Source of the DNA: Folioceros fuciformis
Lineage: Eukaryota
Reading direction: 5' to 3'
DNA length: 64,000 nt
Assembly: GCA_049999805.1 (NCBI GenBank)
Contig: JBNGIO010006348.1
Span: 522,452 to 586,451 of the forward strand
Below, piece after piece: positions 59,363 through 64,000 of this stretch. A model generated the notes under the pieces. The model made no database searches. It was not told the DNA's origin and saw only the letters and a program-made list of their open reading frames with translations. How positions within the stretch are numbered: the first letter of the stretch is position 1; every line of letters begins with the position of its first letter. A program made the translations under genes and the position numbers.

Positions 59363-62003
59363 TTAATTGTCATCACCGCAAGAGCATGCCCCTTCTTTGA
59401 AATGATGGACACGGTGAGCATCCCTCACGATGATCTCTCGTTTTTCAATGCTAGAGATAATTTTGGTGCCGCTGTGGCAGTGAAGGCACATTTTGAGGTT
59501 CTTGGTCACCAGCAGAGTGCTGCCTTCAGGAGTGTTGAGAAGGCCGAAGGCTACAGCAAGTTTTTCAGCATGTCCACAAAGAGCATCTTCCTTCTCCTTC
59601 TCAGACAGCGATTCCAGGAATAAGTCCATTTGTGGGCCATGGCCGCCCAGTGTAAGCTGCTGATTCAGGCTCCTTAGCTTCGCTCCTGTATCATCCCTGT
59701 TTGATCCCACGGTGAATTCGTGCACCTGGTTATTGACTTCTATCGAAGCTGAGGCAAACTTCTTCTCGGCACCAGCCCATTTTCTCAAATTTTCTATGTC
59801 ATCTACATCCTGCCACCTCCCTACCTCAGAATACATGTCAGACATGAGAGCATAGCACGAGGCATGCTGAGGTTCCATTTGCACAAGCCGGTCAAAGCAC
59901 CGCCTTCCGACCTCGATGGTATGATATGTTCTGCTGGCGCTGAGCAAACATCTCCAGCCGACGCTGTTTTGTGCAAATGGCATTGTTTCCAGCATTAGCT
60001 CAGCCTCGTCCAATCGGCCGGACCTGCCGAGGAGATCAACCATGCAGGTGTAGTGATCAACGCCTGGAACGAGGCCATAAGTCTCTACCATCATTCTGAA
60101 GTACTTCTGCCCCTTCTCCACCAGTCCCACATGACTGCACGCTACGAGAAGACATAGAAAGGTTGCTGCATCCGGGACAACTCCCTGTAGTTGCATTTTG
60201 TCAAAGCACTGCATTGCCTTGTCACACCTGTTGTGCTGTCCAAAGCCATTGATCAGGGCAGTCCAAGTCACCACGTCTCTCTTTGACATTCCGTCGAATA
60301 CTGATTGAGCCTCCTCCAGGCTCCCACACTTTGCATACATGTCGACTAGGCTGTTTGCCACAATGAGATCTACTAGCAGCCCCTTCTCCACAACTTGTGT
60401 GTGTACCCGCTTGCCCTCCTGGATCGCCCCCACACTGCCACATGCCTTCAGAATATTCACAAACGTAGTCACATTGGGCACCACCCCTTCCTGCTGCATT
60501 CTTGCAAACAGTGTGAAGGCTTCCTGGCCAACACAATGCTGGGCATATCCTGCAATCATGCTGTTCCAAGTGATAACATCTTTGGACGTCATTGTATCAA
60601 ACACTCTGCGGGCATCCTCCAGGCTCCCGCACTTCACAAACATTTCCAGGAGGCTATTCTTTATTAGCAAGTCTTCAACAAGTCCCAAATCCAAGAGCTG
60701 GGCATAGATCCGTTTGCCATCCTGCAGAGCACCTGTGTTGCCACATGCCTTCAGAATGCTTAAAAACGTTACGCTGTCAGGTCTGTTCCCATCCTCCTGC
60801 ATGCTCGTGAGGAGTTGAAGAGCCGCAAGAGTATGTCCGTGCTGGGCATAGCCTGAAATCATGGCACTCCAGGTTACAGTATCTCTTGCTGGTAATCTAT
60901 CAAACACTTTCCTGGCATCTACAAGGCTACCGCACTTGACGTACATGTCCATTAAGGCACTGCCCACAAAACCATCAGTCTCAAGTCCTATTTCCACTAT
61001 CTGAGCATGGATCTGTCTGCCTTCGTTTATGGCTCGGGCACTGGTACAAGCCTTCAACACGCTCAAAAACGTAGCTTTGTCTGGAGTTATTCTGTCTTCG
61101 CGCATCCCTGCAAACACCTTAAGGGCTTCTTCACCGAGCCCCTGACTAGCATATCCTGTAATGATGGTGTTCCACGTTACTACGTTCTTGGAGGACATTC
61201 TGTCAAACATCCTTCGCGCATCCTCCAAGCTCCCACATTTTGCATACATGTTCAGGAGAGCACTCCCAACAAAAACGTTTGACTCAAACCCGTTATCAGT
61301 TACATCAGCATGCACTAGTTGTCCGGATTTCAGATCTATGGCCATGGTACAGGCTTTAAGGACAGTCACATACAGGTACGAATCCGCTCGAATACCAGAT
61401 TTTCGCATGCGGTCATAGAGCTTTATAGCATGCTCAGCTTGCCCATGCTCAGCATGCGCTGAGATGATTGAAGTCCATACAAATGCAGTTGGGGCGGCCA
61501 ACTTCATAAACACTTCATCTGCCTCATTTAGGCTTCCCAATGTAGCGTACATACGAACGAGGTGATTTGCCAGAAACGTGTTGGTCTCATATCCACGTCT
61601 CACAGTAAGATTATGAACTCGCCGTCCGACTGGCAAATTCTTCTGTACTATGCACCCCTTTATAAGACAGTATATCATCTCCCTGGTGATGAAAGTTCCT
61701 TCCTCAGCCATCAGATCCACAGCTTCAAAAGCCTTAAACACCTCGCCATCTTCACAAAGTTTTCTCCATGGAATAGAGCGCAAAGAATTGCACACATCCA
61801 CGCTGCGAGGCAAGCAGGTTAGGACAAGGAAGTGCGGAGGCGGCTAAGTCAGAGAACCCGAAATCCCCCTGAAGAGTATTACTGCAAAACTGTCGAGAGC
61901 TGTAGAAGAAACTGCACCTCACAGGTTCAACCCCCGATGAAACACCAGAAGGCAATGGAACTGAATTTGGTACTCTAGATGGCTTCTGCTGCCGAAGGCC
62001 CAT
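59363..62003 (-). CDS. PLS-class PPR protein with E domains and a DYW:KP-type deaminase-like domain
   Basis: PLS triplets (MYAKCGSLEDARRMFDRM), KKFASASIEV, LCGHAEKLA, KNLKMCLHCH, HHFKEGACSCGDDN*. Main exon 61803-59363; the short 5' exon (to ~62003) is tentative. Confidence 0.92.
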
Positions 62004-63069
62004 GTCCTTTACCCATCCAACTTCTAACTTAAACCGCTGGCCTTCGTCCACGAAGGTCAGGTCCGCGAGGGGTCTCTGCAGAATTTCTCAGGCTCGTTAC
62101 TAAGATCTCTATGCCATATAACCCACGTTCCATCAGCGAAGAACGAATCTTACCTTGCTCGGGCTATTTCCCCTCCATCCTCGCAATGCATTTTGATCAT
62201 CTGGAAGCCAAACCAAGTTCCGAGGTCAGAAAATCAACGTGAGCTGGGCAAGCCAAATGAAAGCATACAGACCACTCACCCAGGGTGCTTCCAAGCTTCT
62301 GGCCTTCGGAATGATCTCGGAGACTGGAGAAGCTTAGGTACCCTTCTTCCTTGGGCAGGAAAGAACGGGATTTGATTAGCATTTGACAGGTTCCGGCCAC
62401 ATGGCGGAAGGACCCAACTATCCTCATTTGAGCAGCTCATTTGCGTTGCAATCAGTGTCTGATACAATGGGCTGGACAGCTCCGGCTCAAAGAACGTAGA
62501 AATGGAACTCGCGCATACTGTCTGGAGCAGACGCAGCATTAGTGAGGCCACCAGTTGCGGTGATGGAACCCGGATGGCGAGTTGAGCATCTTGGTCGGAA
62601 CAGAACTCGTGCACTCTTGACACATCTCATCTTCTTCCAGCATGATCATTTCAGAAAGGATTCGGCTTCTTCATTTGCAGCGTGTTAACACTGCAGATGG
62701 TTTGGAGCGTTGTGACGAATGAAGACCTGTTTGAAGCAACGGAAATTCATCGCTTGTCTTCCTGCGGAGGCATGGTGCAGGCGGCAATCAAGTATGCAGA
62801 GTCGCGTGAAGCGTAGGCAAATCTGTGGGCATTGATCCTCCGGTTGTTGCTCCTGTCGTAAATTCTTAGGACCTCACCGTTCCAGCTGGCTTGCAGATGA
62901 CCTGGACAAGAACAACGCAGTTGTGAACATATCATTTGCTGATCCATCGCAGTTTTGGAACAGGAGGTCGGGCAAGGTGAATTGGTTTAGGTCTTAGCTG
63001 TCTCCCAATCTCTTTTGGAAGGTGTTGCCTGGTCGTTAGGTGGCAGTTGACCCTGGGTGATCACCACAG

Positions 63070-64000
63070 ACAGAGCTCAAGCATCTAGACTTCGTGCACA
63101 GGACAACAAACGATGGGTTGTGGCTGGACTCATTGTCAGTTCCCACCAGCAAATCGAGGAATACATTATCTGCTGGTGCGGCATCTATCCGAGAAGATGG
63201 AGGCCATGCTGGTGCAGCATCTATCCGGGAAGATGGAGGTCTTGCTGGAGACCATCCGCATGCCGTCAGGTATGTTCACAGTGTGCACTCCTTTAGGTGT
63301 GGAGAGACTGAACTTCTAGCCTTCTTGCCACCACCGTTCCTAAATTGCGCTGTTTGATTTTGAATTTCAAGGAGGGCATGTAGGGGTGCAAGGGCTGAAG
63401 GTCCTTCAGGAGCTTGGAGCAGTTTTTATAAGACGGGACAGGTTGATGAGGTATTCCAAGCTTTGGACCTCATGCACCGGGAGGGCCTTGTGGTTTCTGT
63501 AGACTTGTTGTACCAGCTCCTCAAATGGTGCATTGCACAGAAGGACCAGGCTGCTGGGAGACGTGTCCATGCCATCACTGTGAGGAATGGGCATGAGGCA
63601 AACGCATTTCTGGGGAACCACATTATTCGCATGTATGCATCTCACGGGGAGTTGCAGAAAGCGAGTGAAGTCTTCCGCAAACTTCAACCCCCCAATGTAT
63701 TTGCTTGGAGTGCAATTATCTCGGCCCATGTGGATCATGGGAAAGCAACGCGGGCTATAGAATTGTATAAGCAACTGCGGCAAACACCGGTGCCGCCTGA
63801 TGACTATACCCTCGTTGCTGTTCTCAAAGCCTGTGCAAGTTCGTCGGATTTGACATCAGGAAAGCTAGTTCATGGTGATGTGGTGAAGAATGGATCCGAG
63901 TCTAATGTGTTCGTTGGTAACACATTAGTCGACATGTATTGTAAGTGTGGGAGTCTGGAGGATGCTCGCACAGTGTTTGATAAGCTCCAGACCAGAGATG
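63070..64000 (+). CDS. PLS-class PPR protein, 5' part, runs off the window end
   Basis: Exon from ~63384 reads GQVDEVFQALDLMHREG..AGRRVH..FLGNHIIRMYA..VFAWSAIISAH..MYCKCGSLEDARTVFDKL. An upstream exon ends at 63269. The true start is unresolved. Confidence 0.88.

Overview
Eukaryotic nuclear DNA from a land plant with a compact, gene-dense genome (GT-AG introns mostly ~80-170 bp). A DYW:KP-type PPR protein, together with the small introns, suggests a hornwort; this is inference, and a fern or lycophyte is not excluded. Conserved genes: ankyrin/coiled-coil protein, sucrose-phosphatase, PUS10, SAC3C-like, TORTIFOLIA1/SPIRAL2-like, RWD-RBR E3 ligase, TOM2A plus a divergent convergent paralog (both with a putative U12-type intron), a VOC/glyoxalase protein, a multi-pass membrane protein and three PPR genes. 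Two repeat-rich islands (~19.6-28 kb and ~40.5-55.9 kb) hold the unusual material. The most interesting item is a decayed Ty3/Gypsy LTR retrotransposon whose polyprotein reads protease - C5 cytosine DNA methyltransferase - (deletion) - integrase - PHD finger - decayed AT-hook - unknown domain. The islands also contain a duplicated unit with an intronless TFIIB-core-only gene, a kinase-only CDPK-like ORF, an EDM2-like PHD-only gene and Copia remnants. There are two 100-N assembly gaps. Exon structures were inferred by eye and no database searches were run.
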